From positions 12,347,081 through 12,411,080 of the forward strand of contig CM119267.1 of NCBI GenBank assembly GCA_051294375.1: DNA of 64,000 nucleotides, given 5' to 3'. The position numbers and the translations under genes were made by a program. The DNA is from Paraspadella gotoi (lineage: Eukaryota > Animalia > Chaetognatha). The notes under the pieces were generated by a model. It saw only the letters and a list, made by a program, of their open reading frames with translations, was not told the DNA's origin and searched no databases. Shown here piece by piece: positions 52,201 to 64,000 of the stretch; position 1 is the stretch's first letter, and each line of letters opens with the position of its first letter.

Positions 52201-53273
52201 TATTGATAGGACTGCGCTTGAACGGAATGTTATCTATAAACCAGATAAAAAAAAATCAAAGCAATGACAAGAAAAAAAAGTAATAAAGAAAAAAGATATC
52301 TGACGCCGTCACAAGTTCGAGCGAGGCCCTCCGATTCGCCGACCTCTCCCGACCGATGGCACTCGACACCAAATTTCTCCCACAACCTCGCGATTCCTGA
52401 CCCCAATTCTCGCGCCGAGATCGCAGGTTGCGAGAGGGCGCCTTCCATCGGGGGATTACCCGACAGATTTAAAATGAGCCTAAACACCATAGCGAATTCC
52501 GGAAATCCCCCTTTTTCTTGCTCCTCCTCCTCCTCCTCCTCCTCCTCCTCCTCTCGGGACAACGAACCACATTCGTAAATGGAGTCTCCTTATCTTATCC
52601 CACGATAGCTTTTTTACTTAAAAGTAATGGCAAATAAATGATGGTAGTCGGGAGACGAGATATCTGCTTTTGAGAAAGTAGGGTGTAGAAAAATTATTGA
52701 CCTTGAGGGAAAACCTGCTGGCCATTTGAAAAAAAAAAATCTGGAAATACAACATTGAATTTAAAAACTCGAAGCACGTATCATTAGTGAAGGGGACCCA
52801 GTGATAAAAATAATATCATAAGCTTAAAGGTCTATCATCAAAAGAATTCGAATGGTAATAGTCATTAATTTTGTTTTTGTATAGGAAAGTGGTAAAAAAA
52901 TTTATATCTCTTATAGTAGTGAAAACAAAAATTTAATAGTTATGAAAAAAAAATTAGTTGATTCTAGCTAAATATTGATATCATCCATTATTTTATCTTT
53001 GTAACAAAAATATCTTTTACTAAATTTGAAATTTGCATTTTTTATTATACAAAGCTATAATTTTAGATTTAAGCCTTGTTTAACAAAAGCTTTACAAGAT
53101 TAATAATTTTTTATTTTATATATATATTTAAAAACAAAAAAAATCAAACCTAAATTATATTCTTATAAAACCAAAACTATAATAATTATTAATTAAGTAT
53201 TAATAAAATATATTAATTCTTAATTATAATAATTCAGAATTTATCAAAAGTATAAAACCTTTTTTTATATATT

Positions 53274-53682
53274 TATAAAATTGGTATAACCACTATAAAA
53301 ATTGGACAGCTTTCAGTGGTTTAAGGCCTCCATCACTCTTACAAGATAATAACATAGCAGGTCCCTGCAATCTTTCAATCAAGACTTTCTCACAGTCTTG
53401 TTTATTCATTCCCAGAGCTTGTTTATCATTGAAGTAGTATAATGCTTCAAAGAATATTTCAATTATATGAAAATTCTACTCTCTTAAGTATTAGATTGGG
53501 GAATACTATATTATATTTCATGCTAGCATCAAAATACAAAAAGCTAAATTTTATAAAATTGGTATAACCAATATAAAAATTATCTATTTATTTATTAAAT
53601 AAGATATCTTGCCTCTGACTTTGGACCAGCTTTGGTGGTTTAAGGCCTCTATCACTCTTACAAGATAATGATATAGCAGGTC
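53274..53682 (-). repeat. 326-bp family, diverged tandem copy (about 1.4 units)
   Basis: ATAAAATTGGTATAACC occurs twice; many transitions relative to the 44.5 kb array. Confidence 0.85.
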
Positions 53683-53852
53683 ATATTACAATATATTACA
53701 TATCACTTTAAAAGGTTTTATTTTTATCTAATTAACAGAATAACTTGAAAAAAAAGTTTAAATAAAATCAGTCGATTATTTAAATTTATATTCATTCCAA
53801 ATTTTTTTATTATAAAATTATATTAATTTCCTTTCTTTTCGTTGTTTTTGCA

Positions 53853-54034
53853 AATTAGAGAAAGACAAAGTTTATTTGTTTATGTACAACGATTTATTTT
53901 TACATAGGACATGTTTCGGCTTTAAGTATAAGCCTTCATCAGCGTTGATGAAGGCTTATACTTAAAGCCGAAACATGTTTTATGTAAAAATAAATCGTTG
54001 TACATAAACAAATAAACTTTGTCTTTCTCTAATT
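53853..54034. repeat. 182-bp near-perfect palindrome made of two inverted PLE 3' ends with hammerhead cores
   Basis: 89-bp arms, 2 mismatches, spacer GCGT; minus strand reads CTGATGA-A-GGCTT-ATACTTA-AAGCC-GAAA-CATG-TC then an AATAAA-containing tail. Confidence 0.9.
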
Positions 54035-54600
54035 ATTATAAAATTTTATACTAAAAGCTAAAAAACTTTTTAAAATTAGATCTTACCCTTTTTTTTTTAA
54101 ATTAAAACTCAATTTTTTTTAAGAAAATTAGGCTAGCTGATTATATCAATTTTTTAAATTACTTTTCCAAATGATTATCGAAGAAAGAATTATAGGGTCA
54201 GAACCAGCTTAATTTAAAGAATCAACTTTTCACCCCTTTTGTCACTTGGTTCCCTTAAGGACAAAAAAAGGTCAGCAAGTAGACCAATTCATAAAAAGAA
54301 AAAAAAATATAAAGCATAGGTTGAGTAATGCAAACAAGGAATCAAAAAACAAAGGATAATTAAATAGAATTCTAGAAAATTTTGTTTTAAGAGGAAAGGT
54401 CATTTACCATAACAATGTATAATCATAGATGTATTAGAGCTAATACATCGAAAAATACATTATAGTCATCAGTAATCACACAAAAAATAAGTTTTTATTT
54501 ATATGTAAACATTCTGTTTTCAATCATTTTTTTAAAATCGGTAAATAACAAAATTGTTAAGTAAGCACGTCCCATTTTCACGTTTCATTTTTCACGTTTC

Positions 54601-55372
54601 ACGTTTCATTTTCAAGGATACAAGTTGAAATTTAAAAATGTCTCTCTATTACATTTTTTTAATTCAGTAATAAAGAATTCATAAAAAATATCAAATGGAT
54701 TGACCTTTTCGTTTGACCTGCAACTCTTCAGATAGGTTTCTTTTATTTTATATTATAATTAAAACCGATATAAAATGAGGTAGAATGCATCAAATGCTTA
54801 AAGTGAATACATTTTCGGAATCGCCAGGAGCTCAGCTTTCTGAATTTGTACTCCATTTTAGCCTATTTTGAAGTTGAATTGAATGACCCTTTTTCTTAAG
54901 AGATTCGAGCTACAATGAATCTACACTGAATTTGAAGAGTTGCAGCCAAAACGACTGCAATAATATTGAATTAAAAATTTGCTTAGCAATCTTAAAACGT
55001 TTGTAAAAATGAAATAAAGAGACATTTTGATAAACGCGTTCCAGTTAGGAAGAATTCAGGGTTAAAGTTTAAAAACGTTTCATTTTCAAGGATTCAAGTT
55101 GAAATTTAAAAATGTCTCTCTATTATATTTTTCTAATTCAGTAATAAAAAAATTCATAAAAAATATCAGATGGATTGGCTTTTTCGTTTGACCTGCAACT
55201 CTTCAGATAGGTTTCTTTTCTTTTATATTATAATTAAAACCGATATAAAATGGGGTAGAATGCATCAAATGTTTAAAATGAATACATTTTTAGAAATCGC
55301 CAGGAGCTCAGCTTTCTGAATTTGTACTCCATTTTGGCCTATTTTGAAGTTGATTTGAATGACCCTTTTTCC
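54601..55372 (+). repeat. Direct duplication of about 295 bp, period 474 bp
   Basis: ACGTTTCATTTTCAAGG...GAATGACCCTTTTT starting at 54601 and 55075. Confidence 0.88.
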
Positions 55373-55746
55373 TAAAAAAATGTAGAACTTAATCTGATAC
55401 ATAAACACCAAAAAATTTAAAATAATAAAACGACATGATGTGGAAATTTTTAAGTGGTGCATCATGGACATTTATATTATCTAGTAGGCTACAAGAACAG
55501 GGCGTCGCCCGATCGAAAAAAAAAACAACCGCCAAATGATAAAAAAAACTGTTAATCTCCTTCAAGGGCAATAAAGACGCTTCTCGCCTTCTAGTGATGA
55601 AAAAAAAATGAACGAAAGGTAGGAAAAACTATTTTCTTTTTTTCAAATAGAAAAAAAAAACCAAACAAGAGGCTCAAGAAATTGGGTCCCGATTAATCAC
55701 CGACGAATGAGCCCCTCCACCCGCTAAATTGCGTAAGACAAATGCC

Positions 55747-55817
<71 letters not shown>

Positions 55818-56117
55818 GGGATAAATGGACCTGGAGAGACGTCGATAATTCGCTCTCTCCCTTTTTTTCCGCTTTCATATAAAGCGTCATCGGATTACAT
55901 CCTCAAATCGATTAATTCCACATCCGGGACCTGACCAAAGGGGGAAGTGACAGGCAGTTGCTAAGAAGGAAAAAGGGCGAGAGAGGATTGAGAAGACAGG
56001 AGAGAGAAGAGAGGAGAGACAGGTGAAAAAGGTGGGATATGAAAGAGGATATAAGGAAGATCAATATGGCATCGGAATATAAAAGAAAAAAAATGGAAAA
56101 AAGGTTAGGTTTAGAAA

Positions 56118-56195
<78 letters not shown>

Positions 56196-56259
56196 AACAG
56201 AGAAAGAAGAGTTTGAAGCGTGCGTACTTTTTGTGTCTGGAAAGGAAGTAAGTAAATTG

Positions 56260-56386
56260 ACTACGACAACGACTCGGATGACGACAACGACGACGGTAGT
56301 GACAGCGACGACGTCAACATTAACAGCGTCAACGACGGCGACGATAACGACAATGACAACGTTGACGACAACGACGACGATGACAA
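56260..56386. repeat. Imperfect (ACG)n microsatellite
   Basis: Trinucleotide run giving spurious Thr/Val ORFs. Confidence 0.85.
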
Positions 56387-56618
56387 GTAATTGTATTTTG
56401 AAATAGAATACAAATGATATTAGGTAGGGATTGAATGGATATTTTTTATTTGTAAAATTAAAGTAATACAACAATTTAGTATATTACATATTAGGTTTGA
56501 GAAATCAGCAAACGGAGAAAAAAAATCTTTCGGAAAATCTTTCGGAAAAGCTTGGAAGGAAAAAAATTGTTCCCTCGTTTGAATTGATTAAAGACCGCGC
56601 TCTTTTCGGGACTGGGAA

Positions 56619-56687
<69 letters not shown>

Positions 56688-57104
56688 TGAGAGAGACAGA
56701 GAGAGAGAGAATGAGAATTTTTCTTCTCTCCTTTTTCCGAATTCGATTAGATTCCTCGAACCGATCAAGAAGTCCTCCTTTTTTTCCCTCTAAATTCAAT
56801 CAGCGCAGCGACACCCGCCGCTGCCGCCTCCGCCGCCGTCGCCTCATCCACCCTATCCTCCATCCACATTGGCATTGCTCGAGGCGCTCGATCTCGATGC
56901 CATTTTCGATAATATATGAGCCACGCCCATTGTCGATATCGATGTGGGTCAGCTTTCAATAAAAAAAGTCTCATTGTCACCGTTTAAAAAAAGTTTAACA
57001 GGCACGAATCCGACGGCTAAATAATCAATAACAATTTTTATTCACATTTTACCGACGATAGTATCTTATGTATATCGGACATTGCAAATAATGATCGTTC
57101 TCTC

Positions 57105-57292
57105 TGACGTGACCCTGTCGCACACAGAGTGAAACCAATCCGGTCCCGGGTTCAATCCCAATCCGTTACCTACTGGGAAACATGCTGACAGCGGTAAAAC
57201 CTTAGGGGCGTAGCGCCCCCAACAGTCACCTCCCCGCCTAAGCCTGGTTTAAAGGTTAAAGTAAAGAAGTTACGGAAGTCATCTTCAGCTCT
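57105..57292 (+). mobile_element. Degenerate tRNA-derived SINE (second family)
   Basis: Box B-like GGGTTCAATCCC at about 57148; 3' part CCTTAGGGGCGTAGC...AGAAGTTACGGAAGTCATCTTCAGC shared with 12315-12419. Confidence 0.5.
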
Positions 57293-57847
57293 CTTATAAA
57301 CATTCTAAAAGTGATCTTTGGACGAGAGATTAATTCCACCAGGAATCAAAGAGTTCATCACAACCAAAATCGAAGAAGAAATTGTCGCCAAAACACTTCC
57401 CGCTTTTTTTTTCTCCCGCGTGTTTACCTACTTTCAGGACGATTTTCCGAAAGATCAGGCGTGAAATGAGAGAGAAAACGAGGTGAAAAAAAAAGCTGTG
57501 AGAGGTCCAGTGATCCATTTTTAGCGTGGCGCGAATTTCAAGTAAATATACCAATTTATTTATTAATGTTTGTTCATATTCGTTTATAGTTTTTAGATAA
57601 ATATTGGTTGCTTTCTTTTTTTTAAAGTTGATTTGAACCATATTTTTGTTTCGCGTTGGATTTTAAGAAATTCTTCCGTGGGCTTTCAATGCTTGTTTGC
57701 TTATTTCGTCAACGACGTGGATTCGATAAATTTTTTACATAGATGAATTGCAAAATTACTTGTTTCTCTATTTAATGTTTTAAGGTTTAGAAATATTCAA
57801 TATACGTATTATTTTTATTCTTAAAAATCTTTAAAAAATGTTAAAGT

Positions 57848-58122
57848 ATAGTGATCTCGCCAGACATTAATATCAAAGAAAATGAATGAAAAGGTATTAT
57901 ATTATATAAACAAAAAATATTTGTTTCCATATGAAACATGACAATTGCAAAGATCTTAAAGATAAGAAGCCATATCTAAATTTTTAACTTACTTCATAGT
58001 ATTTTTTATTTAATAAAAAATAAAATTGAAAGCCCCAGTCAAAACTATATAAAAAAAAGCGTAACGCCGACGCAGGCGACAACGACGACGACGACGACGA
58101 CGACGTCACAAAGAAGCTGAGC
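57848..58122 (-). mobile_element. Truncated paralog of the 10758-11449 element
   Basis: TATAGTGATCTCGCCAGAC...AAGCCCCAGT...GACGACGTCACAAA shared. Confidence 0.65.
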
Positions 58123-58457
58123 CGAAACAAAATCTATCCAAGACAGGCTTTACAAAACAAGGTTAAATTACTATCTGCGCCAGCGACTACCGATTTAATC
58201 TCTCAGTCTCGAACCAGAGACCTTCGGGACGAGACTCGCGAGGTTGACAACCGACGAAAGAGCCGAACCGAGTCGACCTCCTCCTTTTCTGATTTCCGTT
58301 CAAACAACTATATTACAACAACAAGAAAAACAACAACGACGAAAAATACCAAAGAAAAACGAGGACGAAGAAAAACATAGGAAAACGAAAAAATAGAAAA
58401 AGCGCGCTCCTGAAAAGAATCGTGTTGTTTTTTCCCGTCCGTAACAACGTCTTTCGC

Positions 58458-58475
58458 GTCGCTTAGCAACGGAAG
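58458..58475. promoter_or_regulatory. RFX X-box-like motif with adjacent ETS-like GGAAG
   Basis: GTCGCTTAGCAAC-GGAAG in a CpG-rich patch. Confidence 0.3.
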
Positions 58476-58490
58476 CCCCCGCCGACCGGG

Positions 58491-58536
<46 letters not shown>

Positions 58537-58657
58537 TAGGTCGGTTTCCTCTCTGTTTTTTCCTCACCCTCGGAGTTTTTTTTCCAGTTTTTCTAGAGGA
58601 AAGGAGAGCGACGAAAATAGAAGTTGACGAGTTGAGGAGAAAATGATGATGTTGAAG

Positions 58658-58862
58658 GTGATGAAGATGATTAAAGTGATGAAGATGATTAAAGTGATGA
58701 AAATGATTAAAGTGATGAAAATGAATAAAGTGATGAAGATGATTAAAGTGATGAAAATGAATAAAGTGATGACGATGATAAAAGTGATGAAAATGAATAA
58801 AGTGATGAAGATGATTAAAGTGATGAAAATGAATAAAGTGATGACGATGAATAAACTGATGA
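58658..58862. repeat. 18-bp minisatellite (GTGATGAAGATGATTAAA)n
   Basis: About 11 tandem units with a 9-bp subperiod. Confidence 0.92.
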
Positions 58863-59257
58863 GATGATGAGGTCGAAAATTGGCGAGATTCTCAAAAATA
58901 AATAATCATTTTCATGAATAAATGAAACTCCCAGAAGAACCTGAGCTTTGGATCAATACGTAAGTAACATTGATCTAGGAACCTCCGACCTCTACGTGGA
59001 GAGGCGAAGATATTAAAAGTGCTATAAACATTTCGGGTTTAATAAAAAGAGTTTATCCCGAAATATTAAAAAAAAATATAAAATTGAACCGCAGGAAATG
59101 GCTATTGCTTTTTTTGTTGCGAACGTTCGTTCGTTCGTTTTTTTGTAAGGTTTTGAGCTTCGTTCCTCTCTACTAAGGAGAATCGTTAATGACGAGGAAA
59201 AAGTGTTTGGTCTCAATCACGACAAAAAGTGGGGCTACGTAACTGGGTGATATGGGA

Positions 59258-59353
<96 letters not shown>

Positions 59354-59403
59354 CTCAGTCACAGACACACAATATAGGAGCTGACGTCGTTCTTAGGGAT
59401 TGA

Positions 59404-59894
59404 GGAAGATTTTTTCAATGGAGATTTTCGTTCAAATCTGACTACCAAAAAATAGATATAAAAACACTAGATTCCGATCCTGTTGCATCTGAAGGGCTCG
59501 CATTTTTTTTCTCTTGTCAAATAACCTTCATTTTGACATCAAACTATCAGATTCAAATGGACTGGTCCGCTCGGGAAAATATTTGACACAATTTATATAT
59601 ATAAAATAAAGGGATTTATCCACTTCAATGCAATGTAAACGCATTTAACATATGTTGTTATTTTACAATAAACTTCAAATTCAGGAATTCGATAGCCATA
59701 TGTCAGATGGGCTCTCAAATTTTTTCTTTACATTTTAATTTTTTTTTAATATGATACGATCATTGTAAAGTGAATTAGTCCATTTTGGTGAAATTTTTAT
59801 TTAAAGTAAAAGTAAAAGGAGCTAAGATCGAAATTCTAAGAGTTTTCAACCGGGAGTCAGATTCGGGAAAAATCTTCTATGGCGAAAATCTTCC
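59404..59894. mobile_element. Old MITE with imperfect 43-bp inverted ends
   Basis: GGAAGATTTTTTCAATGGAGATTTTCGTTCAAATCTGACTACC versus reverse complement of the right end GGAAGATTTTCGCCATAGAAGATTTTTCCCGAATCTGACTCCC. Confidence 0.5.
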
Positions 59895-60199
59895 AAAGAA
59901 GGGGTGGATTTTCCGAGGATTTTGGTTAATATTTTCTATATTTATGGTAGGATTTTTTTGAAACTTAAAAATAGCAATATTGCCATCATTCTACATTGGC
60001 CGGTAAAAGAATATATTAAAAAAACCTCTGACTTTTTTAGTCAGAGCTTAGTCCTACACAATACCCTTAAACAAAAATCCTTCTTCCTCTCTCTCTCACT
60101 TCTTTTCAAATTCCTCTAATTACAACCGTCACTCGTCCCGCGTGTTTTGCTTCGGTGCTAACAGTTTTTACGGTTGGAATAATTTTCGACGCTCGCGTT

Positions 60200-60835
60200 T
60201 CTTTATTTTTTCCTTTGTTGTGATAGGTCGTTTCTTTTATTGTTCTTTTCTTGTGATTGGTCGTTTCTTTGATTGTTCTCTTCTTTTCTCCTTTGTTGCG
60301 ATTGGTAGTTTATTTGATTTTTTTCTTTTCACGTTTATTGTGATTAGTCCTTTCTTTGATTGTTCTCTTCTTTTTTCCTTTGTTGTGATTGGTTGTTTCT
60401 TTAATTTTTTCTTCTTTTCACGTTTATTGTGATTGGTTGTTTCTTTGATTGTTCTCTTCTTTTCTCCTTTCTTGTGATTGGTCGTTTCTTTGATTGTTAA
60501 CTTCTTTTCTCCTTTCTTGTGATTGGTCGTTTCTTTGATTGTTCTCTTCTTTTCTCTTTTGTTGTGATTGGTCGTTTCTTTGGATGTTCTTTTCTTTTCT
60601 CTTTTGTTGTGATTGGTCATTTCTTTGATTTTTCTTTTCTTTTCACATTAATTGTGTTTGGTCGTTTCTTTGATTGTTATCTTCTTTTCTCCTTTGTTGT
60701 TATTGGTCGTTTCTTTGATTTTTTCTTCTTTTCTCTTTTGTTGTGATTAGTCGTTTCATTGATTTTTCTTCCTTTCACGTTTATTGTGATTGGTCATTTT
60801 TTTAAGTTAATCTTCTTTTCTTGTTCATGGTGATT
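60200..60835. repeat. 45-bp minisatellite
   Basis: Unit GTGATTGGTCGTTTCTTTGATTGTTCTCTTCTTTTCTCCTTTGTT, about 14 copies. Confidence 0.92.
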
Positions 60836-61647
60836 TCTCATATCCTAAATTTTTCTCATTTGTTGTCGTCGTTGTGATTGGTCGCTGCTACAGCCTCCTG
60901 CAGGCGCCGCCTCCTACCGCTGATGACGACCGTGTGTCAGCGCCGGAAACCGAAGACCGAAACGACCCAAGTAAAAAATTCCAATTGACTCTCGAGGCTT
61001 TGAAACTGGAAGTGAGACTGAATGGAGAGAGAGAGAGAGAGTCGGCGAGTGATCGATCGTGAAAGTGGAAGTCTGTCGCCTGATCCATTCACAAGCGACG
61101 GAGGAATCGAAGAACTTCTCACGGGATGAACTGATTTAGACGTCAATTCGAGATTGTCATTTTCCCTTTATATAATGAAAACTCCGCTCATCGATAATAT
61201 TTAGAAAAAATGTTAAAAAATATCAATATACGTATAACTTTGTTGACAATGGAAGTCAAGCAGTCTGAGAATTGATAAACTAGACTGTGAGAAATAGTCT
61301 TGATTTAAAGGTTGCAGGTTTTTGCTATGTTATTATATTGTAAGGGTCATCGAAGACAAAGCCATAAATCGCCATCGCCTGTCCTAAGTCAAGAGGTAAA
61401 ATAGCTAGTTAATTGAATTAACTTATAATTCTATAAATTAGTAACAATTTCATAACACTTTCTAAGTTTCTCTGCTTAATCAATGTACAATTCATCCCAT
61501 TTCCTCTTTTACTTTTTTCTTCTCTCTTTTTAATGATTTAGGGGAGCCCCTAATACAATATACTTAGGTTTGACCCCAAGTGGTTACCCCCTTGTGAATA
61601 GATTTTTGACCTTTACAGAGGAGCTCCCTCCTTTTGGGAACAATAAA

Positions 61648-61774
61648 ACTGCTATGTCATTATCTTGTAAGAGTGATGGAGGCCTGAAACCACCAAAGCC
61701 TGTCCAAAGTCAGGGGCAAGATAGCTTATTTATTAAATGAATGGATAATTTTCATATTGGTTGTACCAATTTCA
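61648..61774 (+). repeat. 326-bp family terminal fragment
   Basis: Ends GTACCAATTTCAT; an older diverged copy lies at about 61270-61454. Confidence 0.88.
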
Positions 61775-62077
61775 TGATAATTTTAATTAGGCTAGAACCC
61801 TCAGAAAAAATAATTTTTGACAAAAAATATTTAATACTATAATCTATGCTCTCCTCCCCCTACTCTTCAAACTCTGGTCACCGTATTTTCTCCCCTTTTT
61901 TCTTCTTTCTTCTTTTTCCTTTATTCTTTGATTTCCTTCTTTATTCTTCTTCCTTACCCTTTTTTTGTCTATATTTTTTTCAATTTTTTTAAAGTTTCGG
62001 ATTCTCACCTCACCCATTATCGCCCTCACTCGTTTATCACCTCACACATTCTCACCTCACATGTTTTTGAGTCGCAC

Positions 62078-62240
62078 CTTTCCGAGATCCATAAATGGTG
62101 AAAGCGGGAAAATCACGTCTCCCCCGTCGGTCGGCCCGATATCGGAGTTGGGGGGCGGAAGTGGGAGGGATGGGAGGTCGATTGGGCGAACGTTTGTATA
62201 CTGTATAGTTGGCTGGATCGAGTTCAAAGTTAGGCCTTGC
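62078..62240 (-). CDS. Candidate exon, unknown proline-rich protein
   Basis: Open frame QGLTLNSIQPTIQYTNVRPIDLPSLPLPPPNSDIGPTDGGDVIFPLSPFMDLGK ending at donor AAG|GTGCGA; weak acceptor. Confidence 0.3.
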
Positions 62241-62582
62241 CTGTCTGTGATTCCTGTACTTTCCATAAGTATATGAAGTTAATTTTTTTTAAATGTGAAG
62301 CGCATTATTGAATATATACTTTTTAAAATATGACCGCTCAATAATATGCAAATGAGATTAAAGAACAAATTTTTCAAAATATTGGCATATAAATTAAAAT
62401 CTTTACTGTCTTATCTCAACAGCAATATTTATTTATACATAAAGTTAATAACTCTTAAAATTTATATTTTTTGTATTTTTTGTATTTTTTAAAGGATATA
62501 ATAATATATAATAATAATAAATAATAAATAAATAAAATAAATAAAAAATAAATAATAAATATATATATATAATAATAAATAA

Positions 62583-62824
62583 TATGAAATTGGTACAACC
62601 AATATAAAAATTATCCATTCATTTAATAAATAAGCTATCTTGCCCCTGACTTTGGACAGGTTTTGGTGGTTTAAGGCCTCCATCACTCTTACAAGATAAT
62701 GACATAGCAGGTCCCTGCAAGCTTTCAAACAAGACTCTCTCACAGTCCCGTTTATTCACTCCCAGAGTACCTGGCTTCCCTATCAATGAAGTGGAAAATA
62801 TTTCAAAGAATGTTTCAATTGTAT
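62583..62824 (-). repeat. 326-bp family terminal fragment
   Basis: Starts TATGAAATTGGTACAACCAATATA; close to consensus. Confidence 0.9.
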
Positions 62825-63666
62825 ATAATAATTAATATGATTAGTAATGAAAATTATTAAAGGATTTAAAGTATTATCCTTCACGTCATTCAGGAAAAAT
62901 TAGTATTATTAAAATTTTAGCAAAGATCTGGGAAGATTCTAATTATAAAACTAAGAAAATGATAAAATAAAATAGTTACGGTTTTTACTAAAAAGAGGGG
63001 ACGTGCACTATAAATTATTTTAGATGATAAACAATTTCATGATTATTACAAGAAAACCTTTTATAACTATTGAGTCAACATTAGTCAACATTAGTCAATT
63101 TTTAACCAGTATTTTATGGTCTTTATTTTAACTTACCCAGATATCCAACAGAACCAAATTTATTTAAAAAATCACTACTAACTGATGCATTTAAATTAAG
63201 AGTTCTATCAATAAAAAGTATTGACTCTTTTATGGATAATTTTCATGAAGTTCAGAACAAAGAGGAGATGTCAAATTTACTCCTCAATTTTGAGGAAGGA
63301 AAAAAATCTGGATTCTTAAAATATTAAATAGGAAATCCGTAAGTTAACTTTGTTACCATTTCATCCATAATGCAAAAATTCTAACCAGAGGAGATTTTTA
63401 TATATATACTTGTCTCTTTGACGTCTGGGAAGGTTTTTGTTACTTTGTCATTTTGGTTTGAGAAAAAAAGGGAACGGTAAGCATATGCAGCTTTTCTTTA
63501 GGAAAAAACCGCTTCTGAATCTATCAATCTATGAATGCTCTTTGTCTTACATACCATTTGAAGGATTCTACCAAACATATATTTATTAGCGTGCTTATTA
63601 CCTTCAACACATTAATTTTAAAACTAAGAACCTAAAGAAAAAAACCTGTTGTTAAATTGATGGAAA

Positions 63667-63810
63667 ACTCAATATGTAGCTTCTTACTTTGTGTCATCAA
63701 CGCTAACTAAAAGTAGATCTAGGTGCAAACAACGGCTGGAGGCAGACATAAGGAGTCTTTGTCTTTCCAAATTTGTCACAATTTATGCCACGATTTGTCA
63801 AGACGAATAA
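63667..63810 (+). mobile_element. Possible decayed hAT transposase C-terminus
   Basis: STLTKSRSRCKQRLEADIRSLCLSKFVTIYATICQ resembles the hAT dimerisation-domain tail (KTKYRSRL.EDDLRLCLSKI.P.I..LC). Confidence 0.3.
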
Positions 63811-64000
63811 ACGTTTGGACAGCTTAGATTTAGAAACTCGTTTTGTTGAATTCTTAAAATTCAGTCAGAACCCCTTTCTCGATGGGCGACCGGCCTAACA
63901 AAGAGTCTTTATGAATATGTAGATGGCGCGGCTTTAACTCACTTTGAAGTGGCGGCGTCATCTAACGAAGTTGACGAGCGTCTTGGATCTCGTGATGATT

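Noticed and set aside
51141-52578. GC-rich ORFs at 51.1-51.5 kb and 52.2-52.6 kb
   Set aside because: Driven by GGC and CTC repeats; no clear splice sites or domain
54700-54736. Minus-strand CTGAAGA-GTT...AAC-GAAA-AGGTC hammerhead-like string
   Set aside because: Stems I and III do not form, and the duplicate at about 55180 lacks the GUC
58643-58867. ORF of (MKMIKV)n
   Set aside because: Produced by an 18-bp minisatellite; the other plus-strand frames are full of stops and there is no splice or homology support
60142-60746. Repetitive ORFs (VIGRFFDCSLLFSFV)n and (ETTNHNKREKKRT)n
   Set aside because: 45-bp minisatellite with frame-breaking 44-bp units; no unique spacers, so not CRISPR either
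60920-60965. CTGATGA...GAAA motif
   Set aside because: No stem II closing on GAAA and no NUH cleavage site in register
62489-62743. Recurrent ORF MEALNHQ...WIIFILVVPIS
   Set aside because: Translation of the 326-bp repeat; frame broken among copies and no recognisable family
63020-63330. Possible ancient PLE thumb remnant (KKSLLTDAFKL...NFHEVQ)
   Set aside because: Too degenerate to support by eye

Overview
AT-rich eukaryotic DNA, dense in (AG)n and (GAC)n microsatellites. It looks like an invertebrate, possibly crustacean, draft assembly (inference from composition). No complete protein-coding gene is visible; the best coding signal is one SLC16/MCT-like transporter exon near 48.6-48.9 kb. 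The first 38 kb is mostly four versions of one block: an inverted copy (about 2.1-8.5 kb) and three direct copies (9.0-14.8, 14.8-25.9, 25.9-38.1 kb). These are separated by 25-N gaps and differ by long-read-type indels, so much of the duplication is probably a gap-filling artefact. Mobile DNA includes Penelope-like element (PLE) remnants, Helentron/DINE-1-like elements, MITEs, a 326-bp tandem/dispersed family and tRNA-derived SINEs. The main signal is predicted self-cleaving RNA. A tRNA-headed SINE family carries a circularly permuted (type P5) twister ribozyme fold with compensatory changes between two copies (38.7 and 44.3 kb). Three distinct PLE-type minimal hammerhead motifs also occur (14.1, 21.5 and 53.9 kb, the last inside a 182-bp palindrome). 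All RNA structures were assigned by eye and are untested.
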